Assembly: GCA_907165135.1 (NCBI GenBank)
Contig: OU015568.1
Span: 8,432,001-8,496,000 of the forward strand
Length of the DNA: 64,000 nt
Origin: Oikopleura dioica
Lineage: Eukaryota > Animalia > Chordata
Reading direction: 5' to 3'
Under the pieces are notes generated by a model. That model saw nothing but the letters and a program-made list of their open reading frames with translations, ran no database searches and was not told where the DNA came from. Within the stretch, counting starts at the first letter, position 1, and each line of letters starts with the position of its first letter. The translations under genes and the position numbers were made by a program. Shown here piece by piece: positions 45,741 through 58,590 of the stretch.

Positions 45741-48700
45741 TTACGAAAGTGAGGTTTCCTCAATTTCATCCGAACCATTTATCAGAGCTCTTTTTTCATC
45801 ATCTTTTAGTTTTCTTGATCCAAGCGGTTTCTCCGGTTTTTTGAAGACTTCCGAATCGTTCTTTACGTCGTCTTGTTTTTGAACACCATTATGATGGAGC
45901 GGCTCAAAGTTATTGTTGACATTGGCGTACATAGGTTCTGTCGGAGTGGTGTTGTTCGTGCTTCCCCAAGATGAGGTTGAGGTCTATAAAACGGTCAACT
46001 ACTGTATCTCCCAGGATCTTTTACCTGAGGTAAACTGGAATTAAAATTGTGATGGCGCTTTTGGCGCCAAGATGGTTGGACAGGAACAGGATCTAGCCAA
46101 GATTCGCTTTGAAAGTCTGATGGTGTCCTTGGCTGTGGCTGCTCTATTGTTGCATTCTGATAGTAGCTTTCTTCTCGCGAGTTTCTGGAGTCTCCCTCCA
46201 TTTCGTTGATGTAGTTATTTGGATCGCAAGCATCATCTTCGTCTATGTAATCTGGTTCATCGAAATCTAAAACTTAATTCACCACAGAAAAAAATAAGTG
46301 ATTATACAGTCTTCTTGATGAAGCGAGGATCCCAGTGACGTCAGCTGAGTTCTGACTGACGAATGTCGGAAAGAAGACGGAGTCACATAACGAGTCGGAT
46401 CTTTTTCCCATTCCGTAAGTTTCTCGGCCAGTTCAGTAAAGATCGGCCTTTGAGCCGGATCAATTAACCAGCACTGGAGCATAAGTGTGTAGAATTCTGT
46501 GGAGCAGTTGTCAGGTTGCTCAAGTCTTCCGCCACTCTCGAGCAACATCATCAGCTTCGAAGCTTGCACATTCTAGTTTTATGTTAATTTGACCATATTT
46601 TATTTTCAATAACCTGGTATGGCTTCTTTCCGTATGTAAGCAACTCCCAGATGGTAACTCCAAACGACCAAACATCAGATCTCGTCGAGTAAATACCTCT
46701 CTTCACGCATTCAACCGCGAGCCACTTGAGGGGCATTCGTCCTCCCACTTCTTTGAACTCCGAGTTTTTAGTCTAAAGAAATTCATGAGTCTGCGTTAAA
46801 ATTGTTCCAGATAAACCTTGACGAGTTGAGCAAGTCCGAAATCAGCAATTTTGACATAATGAGGAGTCTTGACTAGAACATTTCTCGCTGCCAAATCTCT
46901 GTGTACAAGCTTTTGTCCCTCCTTTGTTTCCGAAAGATAAGCCATTCCATCGGCAATCTGACGGCACCAGCTGACAAGTTGTGCTGGACGGACATTTTCT
47001 TTTTTTCGACGAATGTAGCTCAGCGCGTCGCCACGAGGAATGAATTCAGTTATGATCTTCGGTGGATCACTTTGGCAGATGCCGATAAGCTTTTTCGTGT
47101 TACTTCTGCTTGTTTCTTTATTTATTATTTTTGCCATTCTCGCAAATAATAATCATGTTTATAAAGAGATGTAACAATTTCCTGGACAAGATTAGGATGC
47201 TCGCAAGCGGCCATTGTCATCGCTTCCTCTAGAATCGAGGCTTTGGGTTCATTGAGGGTCTTGATTGCCACAGTGATTGTTTCGATCTTGGGGTCCTGTC
47301 CTTCAAAATCAGGTCGCCACAATCCTCTGTGAACAACTCCAAAAGCTCCTTTTCCAAGTTCTTTGCGCAAATCTAGGGCTTCTTCTTTGATCAAAAGAAG
47401 TTTTTGAAGATTTGGAGGGAGCAACGCCAGTGGCTCTAGCTCATCCCGGTCTCGTTTTTGAATCAGATGGCGTTTGTACAACGTAAGTCCGATGAATTGG
47501 CCGAGGAAAATTGCCAATACAACCACAACCACCCACAAAATCCATTTGGTGAATTTGTACTGCTGGCATCGGTCTGCGTTGCATTTGTTGCAGCCCTTCA
47601 AAAATTTTGAAGTTCAAAATATGTAAGGAGAAAGATCTCTTAAACTAAGACTCACTGTATATTTGAGGGAGCACTGGAAGCAAATGCTCTCAGGTTCAAG
47701 CGTATCGATAATGTTTTGAAGTTCCGGCTCCAATTGACAGGTTTCATTTTGATGCATATCACATTTGAAATGATCTTCCGGGCATTCCTTAAAAAGTTTC
47801 ATACTATCTCTGTCTTCTTGTTAATTTGGGCAGTCAATGATCTCTTTTTCATCAACTTCTGTCGAGTATATTTTCACCATATTTTTAGGTACTTTATGAT
47901 AAAAAAATTTATCATAGGCTCACCGTTAGAAGGAAAATCTGCTTGGCAGAAACTATCACCGAAAATAACCTTCTCTTTCGACATACCTCGTACTCGTGAC
48001 CGTGTCTTACCTGGCTCCTCAGCCGACAAATATGCATGGAACCTTCTTCCGTCGACTCAACAGATATTCCATCGCAATGGTTGCACCCTCCTGCTCCAAG
48101 GAAATCGCCATCGCCAGTGCAGCCTGCTTGTGCAGTACAGCGCGTGCTGCAGACTTTGCACTCTTTGGTCTCTTCGTCCATGAAATAATCAAGTGGACAG
48201 GATTCGCCCTCGGCCAAGCATTCCAACTGGCCTCTTGAAGAGCTCGATGAGCTGTCTTCACCGCTTATCCACCCGTAATTGCAAGCGCGACATTGTTGCG
48301 GACTTGGTCCAAAGCAACCTAGTTTACAAAGAGGCGAGCACGGCTGACACTGGCGTTTTGATTCTTCAGTCAGTTCGTCATAAACAAGCTCTTCATAGAG
48401 AAGAGTTCCATCTTCTTCGAGCTCCTTGTCGCAAGAGCTTTTACATTTTCCATTGTAAACTGCGTTCCGGCACCTGACACAGCCAAATGCGTCATCTGAC
48501 CAGCAACCATCAGTTGTACATTCTTTTTCCGCTGATAATTATTTTAACAACCTCGAGTCGTTTTCTGCGTCAATTAAAGTTAACATAATCTTAAATTTAA
48601 TGTTTGTAAGATATGAAGATATATATATATATATATATATGTTTCAAGTTTAACTTATTACGCATGGACACGTTGTCGAATGAACTTTCATAAATGAATT

Positions 48701-50697
48701 TACTAGCGTTCCTGGATGGCACTGAAAATTCACACACTCGGATTTTGGATCCTGGGCCGCTATAACAGACGATTTCTTAGCGATATAAACTCCGTCTTTA
48801 TAGCTATTATTTGGCCTTGGAACTGGCTTCTTGAGAATACTCTTCCAGTTAATTGTCTTCAACGGACACGCCTCGCCCATCTCAATCAGGATCGCATTTC
48901 CGTGGGATATCTTCTTCAGTCCATTAAATCCGACGCTTTTAGAAGTTTCACTTCGATTGTGAGTTCGATTGTTGCCGGCTGAAATGAACAGTGCTGAATC
49001 GCCTTAGTAAGAGTTCAAATTCAAAATTCATCCTCAATTTTGAAAAGAAGGAACTTGAGCCCTTGACTTGTGAATGAAGTTTTCCGTGGAAGCCATCAAT
49101 AACTTCGAGATTTCCAAACGCTTCAAAATTCTTGAAAGGCCAAACTTCGATCACCAAGTATCCCATGATTCTTTTGATCCCTTTCAAATATTTCAAATGC
49201 TCTTCAGTAATTTTTTCGACTCCATGCTCTTTGGTATCCGAAAATGTATGGACAAGAAAACTAAGCGAGCCGATAACAACTTCGCAATCTTCAAAAAGCG
49301 TGATTGTTTTGGAATTGAGTGTTGCAGCCCACGAAACTTCGAAAGAATCGGCTGAGATGTTCGCTACTTCTTTTGCGAATTTTGCTCGAACTTGACTTTC
49401 CCACTTGAAATTATGATATTTATAGTAGTCGGACGGCATGTGGTTACCTTTGAGTGGTTCAGCCCGACGCATGGTTTTGGGCAGTGGCCGTCTTTGCACG
49501 GCTCGCAGTGGCCGTTTCCGTTTCCGCTCTGATCTGTTTTATAAGTGTGTCCATCTGGACACTCTGTCAAGCACATGGAATCGTAGACAAACGTGTTGAC
49601 AGGGCAACGCGACAGACAACGATTCCCGAACTCGTACAGGACATCTTCGTTTCGTACCAGAAAGCCGTCTTTCTGCGAGTATAATCGAGGACATTCAGCG
49701 ACACATTCGCCCGTTACGTTGTTGATTTTGTTCTTGCAAAGATAGCAATCCGATGCTCTGGGACCTGAGCATCCTCCCTTGCACTCGCTGTGGCAGCAAT
49801 ATTCTTCTGGTGTCTTTACAACCGCAAAATTATCCTTCTCTTCCTTCTGCAAAGCTGAGCATCTATTCACTGTTCCATTAAAATTGGAGTTCGGGCAGTA
49901 CAAATTGGCCATTTGACAATGCCCATTTGGCCAGCAAAAGTTGTTGCACTCTTTGTCGCATTTTGGACACTTGCTCCATTTTTTTCTTGCAAGAGGTCAG
50001 TTCTGAGCTACGCTATTTTGTTAATATAAATGACCTTGTGAAACATTTGAATAAAATTCACTGCTTAGTAAATACAGGCGGCTATGTGGTTGATATAATT
50101 GATTTACAACTCTTGGGACATTGTGAGAGCATAATTAATTATAATCGTATCACATAGCCAGTATTTCAGATATGACCATGCCTATCAAGCCAATACGCAC
50201 GCCCCGCTGCTCTATAATCAGAATGGAGAATTTGAGCCCAGGCTATGTTATTCCAAAAGTAACACAGCTCGTGATTGTTTTTGAAAACGACGTCGCCCTT
50301 GCTGATTTCCGTCAATTTTGGAAACGAAAAGGTTTTGAAATGATTGTCTTTCACGATCAAGGAGCATCCATTTCGTCGACACTCGGGGAGGGACTTGTGA
50401 TCAGCGTTATTTCCTTCGATTACTCTCAAAGATTTCATCGAAAAATTATCCACAGTAAGGTTAGATATGAGGAGAATTCCAGTGATGCGTTCGATATTTT
50501 GAAGACCAGAAAAGTCGAAGTCGTCGGAATCTGCTTCGAGTAGGAGGACGTTTCCGTCTATGACCGTGCATTCCTTGCGCTTGGCGATCTTTGTCTGGAT
50601 GATTTGGGACTAGAAAGAACAGTTCTTATGATTTGCTGAAAATGGATTAAATCATGCAGAAAGATCATCAGTCAGGAGTTTTCCTGTGCAGGTTTGA
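45741..50697 (-). CDS. EGFR: EGF receptor / ErbB family receptor tyrosine kinase (signal-peptide exon not located)
   Basis: L1 domain ([19 protein letters not shown]), furin-like Cys-rich domain ([13 protein letters not shown]), L2 ([11 protein letters not shown]), Cys-rich [28 protein letters not shown]. Kinase has [40 protein letters not shown]. Tail has three YxN motifs (YINE, YQNA, YANV). Stop at 45741. Confidence 0.93.
48619..48640. repeat. (AT)11 microsatellite in an EGFR intron
   Basis: Direct read: at repeated 11 times. Confidence 0.9.
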
Positions 50698-53600
50698 CTG
50701 TAAAATGTTTACAATATTTGACAGCCAAATTTCAAACATGCTCAAGATCAAATCAGAATTTGTCATAAAACACAATCGGCGAACGTTTACAAGAGTTGCT
50801 TTCAAAAGAGTTTGAAAGTTAATTGCAACGATAAAAAATGCAGAATACACTCGATCAAGAGCGGATACAACTTGCGGTTTACCTTTATCACGTTTCCCTA
50901 AAATCATTTCAAATCATTTGGTCGCTGGTGTGGGCAAATACCGCCTCGGGTGATAGAGAGTTCAGGCACGGAGCTCCAGGGCCCGTCAAATTTACAACGT
51001 TTGCCAACCATTTGAGTTGGCATTTGACTTCCTCCGAAATAACGCCCTGTCTAAGTCAAGCTATTCACTACTTTCAAAATATTTCTGGACAGTTTGGTTT
51101 ACGAAAAGTCTCTCCAGAACTTTAAACATCTAGTTCCGTCCACGTGAATGGGAGTTGATAGGAACATAGTAAGAATAAAAGTGGAAAGTGTTTAATTTAC
51201 GGAAGCCGTTTTTGGGAACAAAAGCACCTGACTTCCTATTTTCCGATTATTTGAGTGGAATTATGAGATCCCTTCACCTGTCACACCTCTGACGGCACCC
51301 TTGGACAGCAAATGAAGTTCCAGTGGGTTCAATAAATACAGGCAGATATCTACAGGCATTGCATTCTTGCGCGAAATTAAAAAATCAGGATTTAAGACTG
51401 GCATAACTTCGTTTTTCCCCTTTTTTCTCAGAAAAATTTGTCTCGTACTGAATGATATCTGACTGTATAATTCTTTCCCCCACAAAAACTTCATAAGCTC
51501 TCATAAATCGATGAAACTTACGCCACTGGCATGCAGATTCCAGAAGTCTCCGAGGCATCTCTTCGCTTGAATAAATCCTTCAATGAAGTTTATACAATAT
51601 CTTTGTCGTGAGCAAAAGTATCTGCATATAAACCCCTTCCTACAAGCCAGCAGAAGACAGAAAAATACTGGAATAAAGTCTTCTTCATTATAAAAACATA
51701 GAAATGCTTCTTTAGTTCGCTCTTTTTCTTCGCAGTTCTCTCGTTGATCTCTTCAGATCTAATTCATATTGTCTCGCTAAAAGAATAATTTTTTCTCTCT
51801 GAGTTCCAGCGTTCGTCAATGGCGATAAATTATTAAACACGTAATTATTGTAAAGTTTGCACCCACTTCTGGCTGGCTAGACATCGATTTTATGAATTCA
51901 AATATTAAAAAAATGAAAAAGCAAATGAAAGATACGCGCAGCGCTTCGCACCACGAGGGGAAGTTCAACTCAAATATGGATATTTTCAAACAGTCCTTTT
52001 AATTTCTTCTTGTTATGAAATCATAAATGAGTACCTAGAACAGCAAGGAAGCAGAAAATCATCTTGAAATCTTCTCTTATACTATGTTTTGAGAATAAAA
52101 AACAATGATAGTGTCCAGTGCCCGATACTCGATATTTTAAAGAGTCACCGTTTATCTACGACTACTAAGGTGCCTTTGGAATTTAAGCGACGCTCATATT
52201 TGCGAATTATTTGATTACCAAAGTTCACCAGAAGCGTCTTCTCATTTAGTATCTCGGAAATAAAAATAAAAGTTTTTCCTCTCTTTTTGATAAAGACAAT
52301 TTTCCTTCTGGCCAAATAAATATATCTAAAGCGGGTTGCTTATCTCATTTGTCGGACATCACGAGTGGAGCTCACAACAAGAGATATCAAGACGTTAACC
52401 TCTTGATATAAATGTGGCCATAGCCTGCCCGTCCCGGCATTTCTTCATTAGTTTCAAGTTGACCTCTCATAATCGAATTCGCAGGAAGATGAGTTACTCA
52501 ATTAGACACTTTTTTGAACAATTAATGTGACAGTAACTGACTGTAATTCAAATACATCATTTTCACCTTGAATTCAAATTTATTGTCAGGCTATAAAAAG
52601 TTTGAACAAGTCTAGTAAGATAAGAAGAATTAACCTCTTCTTCCAGTATGAACATTTTCGATGCCAGTTCTGTTGAACGTCTTCATATCGGATCGAATAT
52701 GGAACTGTTTGAGGATTAATTTAAGCACGTTTTGACTAAAGATTTTTGTAAATCTCAAGTCAGTCTCAAAATTTTCGATCAGAGATTTTGAGAAAATTTT
52801 CGACTATCAAAAAGGGTAGGCTTTAATTAATCCAGTGGCCAAGAAAAGAACGCAATTCCAAAAAACAGAACCAGGATATAGAAAATAATGCTCAAAACAT
52901 GATTTCTCAGATGTTCGTCTTTTTCAATCTCTAAAAGTTTCAACTACTAAATTGATGAATTCTTCTCTATCAACCTTTTTTCGGCGGCATGATGCATCTC
53001 TTCTGGGAGGAACTTGGCGGTAAACGCATGTACGGAAGCCAACCCCTCCCTTGGGATAACTCGAGGCGCCTTTGATCAATTCCGAAATGGACTGCAAATT
53101 AAACGTGCCAAGAATCTTACTTTACAAGATCATTAAGCGAATAAGAATACAACTTCAAGTGACAGCTACTGTAGTTATGCTCATTACTAGGCTATCAATA
53201 TGCACTGCAAATGACTAAACATTCTTGCTAAAAGTCGAACCTGCTGCATTTAGCGCCAAGCATCCAAAAGAAAAACAGAACTCAATCAACCTCAAATATT
53301 ATTAAATATTCGCTGTTTGGAAAAATATCGAATTTGAATGTGAGTTTATTTCAAACAGCTAATACAGTAGTGCTTTAGAAACGTACGGAACTTGAAGATC
53401 AACGGCATTTGTGGAACAATTTTGGAGAATTGAAAATAAAGATTCAAAAAGAGAAAATAAGAGAAATTAAGGAAAGATACAACAGTTATTTTAAATAGTA
53501 ATTTAGCTATTGAATTAAGTGGATATGAACATAAAGGATTATTTATTGAGGTTTTGTGCTGAGAATTGAAGATTTTTTAGCCTTTTGAATGAACTCGAAT

Positions 53601-53869
53601 TTAGAGGTAAATAAAAAGTAGAGAAGGAACAATTAAAAACAACATCGGCCGCTACAAAATCTGTACACTATTTATTTTCTTGAAGATTTCAGGTATTCAG
53701 GTAGTTGGACAGAAATCGTGAACGGCAGAAACAGTAATCGAACAAGGATAAGGTATTTTTCTGTTGCTTTTATGTGAATTTCAAAACGGTAGTAGTTGTG
53801 TTGTTGTAGTTTGGATACGGTAAAGTATTCAAGAAATAAATAGATGGGTTTTTGGTTGGCCAAGGCGCT

Positions 53870-55459
53870 TTAGATAGGGAGGGAGAAGTCGACTCGGAAG
53901 TTCTGGTCCTTGGTGAGGTTGACGATCTCGGCCATCTTGACGGACATCTTGGCAGCTTCATCGAGGCTGTCGCAGGAGAGGATCTTCAAGCCAGACTGGC
54001 CGATAAGAGCCTTGGCGTCATCGACTCGAGTTCCCTATAATATTAATAGCTACTGAAGCCGGGGAGTGTTTTTCTACCTGGAGTCGGACGACAATGGGGA
54101 TTTTGAGTTCGAGTTCTTTGGCAGCAGCGATGATACCCTGGGCAATGACGTCGCATCGCATGATACCGCCGAAGATGTTGACGAGGATGGCTTCAACCTT
54201 GGAGTCGGATGTGATCAGTCGGAAGGCTTCCTTGACCTGGTCAGCGGTAGCTCCGCCTAAACAATGATGGCTCTAGCACTAGAAGAGGACATCATACCTC
54301 CAACATCGAGGAAGTTAGCGGGAGAGCCGCCGTGGAGGGAGATAATATCCATGGTAGACATGGCAAGACCGGCGCCATTGACGAGGCAGCCGATGTTGCC
54401 GTCAAGGCCGATGTAGTTGAGGTCGGATCGAGCAGCGACGACTTCTCGCTCATCCTCCTGTCGCCAGTCTCGGAGGTCGAAGATGTCCTTCTGTCGGTAG
54501 GCGGCGTTAGAGTCGAAGTTGATTTTAGCGTCCATGGCGAGGACCTCACCAGTAGAGTCTTCGGCGAGGGGGTTGATTTCGAGAAGAGAGCAATCCTAAG
54601 AATAATGGCAAGGAGAACGAAAAGATGACTACCTTTTCCTTGAAGAGCTTGTACATCTTCATGAAGTAGTCGGCAGCTTCGTCCTGAGAGTATGCGGGGA
54701 AGCCCATCTTGGCAGCCAATCGCTTGGCCTGTTCGATTTGAAGACCAGCTTCGATATCGACGTGTTCCTAATTTAACATCTCACTATTCAGTTAACCAGA
54801 GTCTGGTATACCTTGATGATGGCTTCAGGGTTGGTAGCAGCGACTTCCTCGATGTTCATACCACCGGAAGCGGATCCAACCAAGACTGGGCCGAATCGGG
54901 TGGCTCCTCGCTCCATGGTGATGGCGAAGTAGTATTCACCTGATAATTTAGTAAGAATCAGAGAAGAATTTTATTTCATTTACGTCGTGGGTATCGTCGC
55001 TCAACAACGAAGACCTTCTCGCATGGTCGTCCCTGCTCGCCAGTCTGCTTGGTGATAAGATCAGCGCCAATCATTTGGTCTGAAAAATTATCAGAAGATG
55101 TTTCAGGGAAGGAAGGGCTTACCAGCCAAAGCCTTGGCATCTTCGGGGGAGTAGACGATCTTGACACCGCCGTTGAGTCCGGGCTCGCCGTTCTTTCGGA
55201 AATATCCCTAGAAAATCATCGAACTTGCCCTTTGAGAACTATATTTTACCTTTCCTCGTCCTCCAGCAAGAACTTGGGCCTTGACAACGCAGTCAGGAGT
55301 AGGCAAGTTCTTGGCGATTTCGTAGGCCTGTTCTGGGGTAGTCGCCATGTGTCCTTCTGGAGTCTTGACGCCATACTCCTTCAGCAAATTGAAGGAGAGA
55401 TACTCATGGATTGAGAGTTGTCGGCGCGCAACAGTTGCAGCTGCCTTTCGAACGAACAT
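53870..55459 (-). CDS. SUCLA2: Succinyl-CoA ligase [ADP-forming] beta subunit, mitochondrial
   Basis: 8 exons with GT-AG introns. Motifs [81 protein letters not shown], and end FSLPI*. [17 protein letters not shown] and the C-terminus favour SUCLA2 over SUCLG2. Short basic presequence present. Confidence 0.93.
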
Positions 55460-56809
55460 TTCTAGGAAGAAAGAGTAAGATAAGGAAATGGCCAAAAAGG
55501 CGCTGAAGCTATTTTGACGAAACTCCAAGGTGAAAGTAGTTAATCCCTAGTTTTAGTTTTGCGGCAAACGTGCCAAATCTAACCTTGTTACTTGATAACT
55601 AAATCATCTGGGAATAATAATTGATACCATGGGAAAACATTCTAGAGATTCGCATAATCTCTTTTATAAAATATCATATTCAAAACTAGATAGATCATGC
55701 CTTCTATGGAAGAATTTCAATTAATTGAATCCAAGAAAATATCTATTCTGGCCCTTGAGATTTTGGGTTCCCTTTAGCTGCTAATCTTATGACTCGATTC
55801 TAGCAAAAATACAGTTTACATAACATCTACTTTTGCGAAAATGAGTGACTGAGGAAGAGTATCATCGGGCATATTCTCTAACTTCTGGTTTATTGGACGT
55901 GTTCACAGAAAATGAAAATTCTCGATAAAAAAGTAGGCAGGAGGATCGCTACGAAGGAGATCGACTAAAGCACCTGGCCAAGGGCCAACGCCGTCGCAGA
56001 GTTTTCAAACTGCGTATAAATAAAAAAGACAATTCTCAAATCTCAGAGCTACAAACAGAACCATCAATACATTAGCAAAGAAAAATCCGATGTTCTGGGA
56101 CGAAAAATTACCTTGATTGCTGGTTTATTTTTCACACGGATTTTCTTTCCTTTCTCTTTAGTTTTTTTTTCGCTAAAGATTCTATTTTTTAGAAAAGTGT
56201 TCTTTGAAAAGAATAAAGACCTGCGTGAATGCTGGTCTCGTGACCCTATGTTTTGTCTCACGAGGTTAGACCTGAGCTGACAAGGATACTAAATCGATCT
56301 TGCGAAAATAAGAAGCCTCAAAAAGCAATCAATTGATCAAAATTAGGTCGCTTCGGATTATCTTGCGATCTTGCTCAAGTTTCAAAATATTGATTTACTC
56401 GTAAAACTTGAATTTCCGAGTTTGTTCTCTTCGTTATCTCCAATGCCAAAATATTTTCATAAAAATTATACTATAATTTAGCAACTTAAATTAAACGAAA
56501 GGGCAAAGGGTTTTTCATTTTTAGGGTTTATTTTTTCATATTTTTTGTTTGAAGTGTTAATAGTAAAGTAGGACTAATAAAGAAAATTGCACATAAATTA
56601 AATGCCTAGGAAATACGAACACGCGCACTACCGGTACTACAGTAAGTCGAAAAGTGTTGAGTCTGAATTGTGTACAGGAAGGTTCAGTCGATGGTTGGAC
56701 TAGCTTTTGTTGTTGACGATAGGGAGTAACGATATTTTTGGTGGATATTTTTTTCTCTTGTGGGGATCCGTAGTTTTTTCGACATCTTGAGTAATTGCAC
56801 TAAGTCAGC

Positions 56810-58173
56810 TTATGCGGGCAGCACGATCTTCTGGCCCTTGACGACCTTGGTGATGTAGAGGTAAAAGAAATCACAGTAGAGAATGGTCTGATCATTGGTT
56901 TCAATTTGATCCTCTTTTTGAAGGTGGAAAACATTCAAAACGCCGAAATAGGCCAACTTTTAGGGGCAGATTCGGGCATACAAAACGAATTCTTGAAGTT
57001 TGAAAGCCTGCTATCATTCCCACAAGACCTTCCTCTACTAGCTTGTTTGCTACTTCGTAATATTCCCCTGAAAGTCGGCATATTTTGGAGAAATGAGCAC
57101 ATTTCATATTTCTTGCGAAAAATCGAAACCTTCCTGAACGACTCCAGCCACAATGGCGATCGCATCGACGTGGTTTTCGTAGTAGTATCGGTAGACCCAG
57201 TTGAGAATGTAAAGTGCTCGGTAAGAACCTTGGGCGAACAGGTAGTGCGATGTGATTGTCTCGGCTTCTCCGGTCTGAAAGCGGGTTTGGAACACATTCA
57301 TTCTCTCTTCTAGTACCTTAGAAATGAGGAAGAGCTGTGGAAGAATGGCAACAGCTTCCAAGTAAATGGAGAAGGTCCATAGGATTTCAATAACGTCGAA
57401 CTTTGAGTTGATAAGGCAGGCGAGGCCGGCAGCGGGGACGATGAGGAATTCGGCGCGCATCGAATCGTGATTTCCGTCGTAAGTCGCTTTGAATTTGAAG
57501 AAAATAAGATAGCATGTGAAAATGGACGCAGCGATGTAGATCAGCTTCATGACTTTTAAAATCGTTTCAGCAAAAGAAAACAAAATTTTATAGAAAAACC
57601 GACAGTATCTTATTCGACAAGTTTTTCCCTTGAGAACCCTGTTTGAAGCTAAGATTCGTTCCTTGAGCGAAGCGAATTTTCGCAACAACATTTTGTCAAA
57701 AAGAAAAAGGAGTAATTGTAGTGAAAATTAAATTAAATCGTTTCGGAGAAAGAATGAAGCGAAGAGGGAGAAAATTGTAGCGAAATTCTATTTGGCTTAT
57801 ATTCGGTGAAACGAAAAGAAGCGAAGCGAATCTTCGCTACAGTCCTTTACGGGACTATTCTTCTTGATAAAAGCCTGTAGCGAAAATTTCTGGCTGAAGG
57901 ATCTTAAAATTGAAGATAAGCGAATCTTCGGTCCGGTCACTTTTAGCGAAAGAAATCGGTTGCTAATTTTTTCAAAAGTTGAAACGCGCCTGTATTGTAT
58001 AAAGAAACGAAATGGAGGAAGAGATCAAGATATCTTGTAACGAATGTAAGAGCGAAGAGAAATTGTGTCTTTCCAGAGACGCCGGCGCACGATCTCGTCT
58101 TCCAAATCTTGAGGAGCAGGATGGCAATCGCCGCCAAATGCGACAAATCTCCGAAAAGTCGGAAGATATTCAT
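56810..58173 (-). CDS. KDELR: KDEL ER-retention receptor (ERD2 family)
   Basis: Exons 58173-57990, 57552-57317, 57274-57134, 56887-56810. Encodes [55 protein letters not shown]|[25 protein letters not shown]. Confidence 0.95.
57770..57951. repeat. Degenerate ~95-100 bp tandem duplication with internal inverted motifs in KDELR intron 1
   Basis: TGTAGCGAAA at 57776 and 57876; GCGAATCTTCG at 57826 and 57920; reverse-complement copy TTCGCTACA at 57833. Confidence 0.5.
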
Positions 58174-58426
58174 CCTCTGAAAATGAAGAAAATCGTTATT
58201 TCTCTGACAGTGGGGAAACGGGGAGATGTCACCTGACTCTCAAAATAGAAAGAAATAGAACAATAAAACAAAAAAGGCGATGACTGGGACTGAACACAAA
58301 GAAGTGAGCTGGGATAAGTAAACAAAACCGACCAAGACTCCGGTTTCTCTTTCTTTTATGATTCGATGTATCTTGACTGTCTATTGCTTCAGCTCAAAAA
58401 GCTCAAGCTTTTACGGATAATACCTC

Positions 58427-58590
58427 AAAAGGGGTCCCCATTTTATCGGATAAATACGTCTTGAGGTCTCAATTTAACGGATTTTCTTCTACAGACTTCT
58501 TACATGAGATTCTTCAGGTTTACAGGAATTTTTCTGAAAATCCGCTAAAATAAAAACCTCCAAGAAGTTATAAAATGGGACCCCTATTTT
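58427..58590. mobile_element. Putative MITE-like non-autonomous element (~165 bp)
   Basis: Near-perfect ~20-bp terminal inverted repeats (AAAAGGGGTCCCCATTTTAT versus ATAAAATGGGACCCCTATTTT) plus an inner inverted pair CGGATTTTC/GAAAATCCG. No ORF; no clear TSD identified. Confidence 0.45.

Noticed and set aside
49003-49060. A further GC-AG intron in EGFR
   Set aside because: An in-phase GT donor 7 nt away fits equally well, so the call is ambiguous.
50700-53800. EGFR signal-peptide exon or a separate gene
   Set aside because: Several donor/acceptor-like sites (51283, 51521, ~52980) exist, but none gives a signal peptide in the required phase or a recognisable protein.
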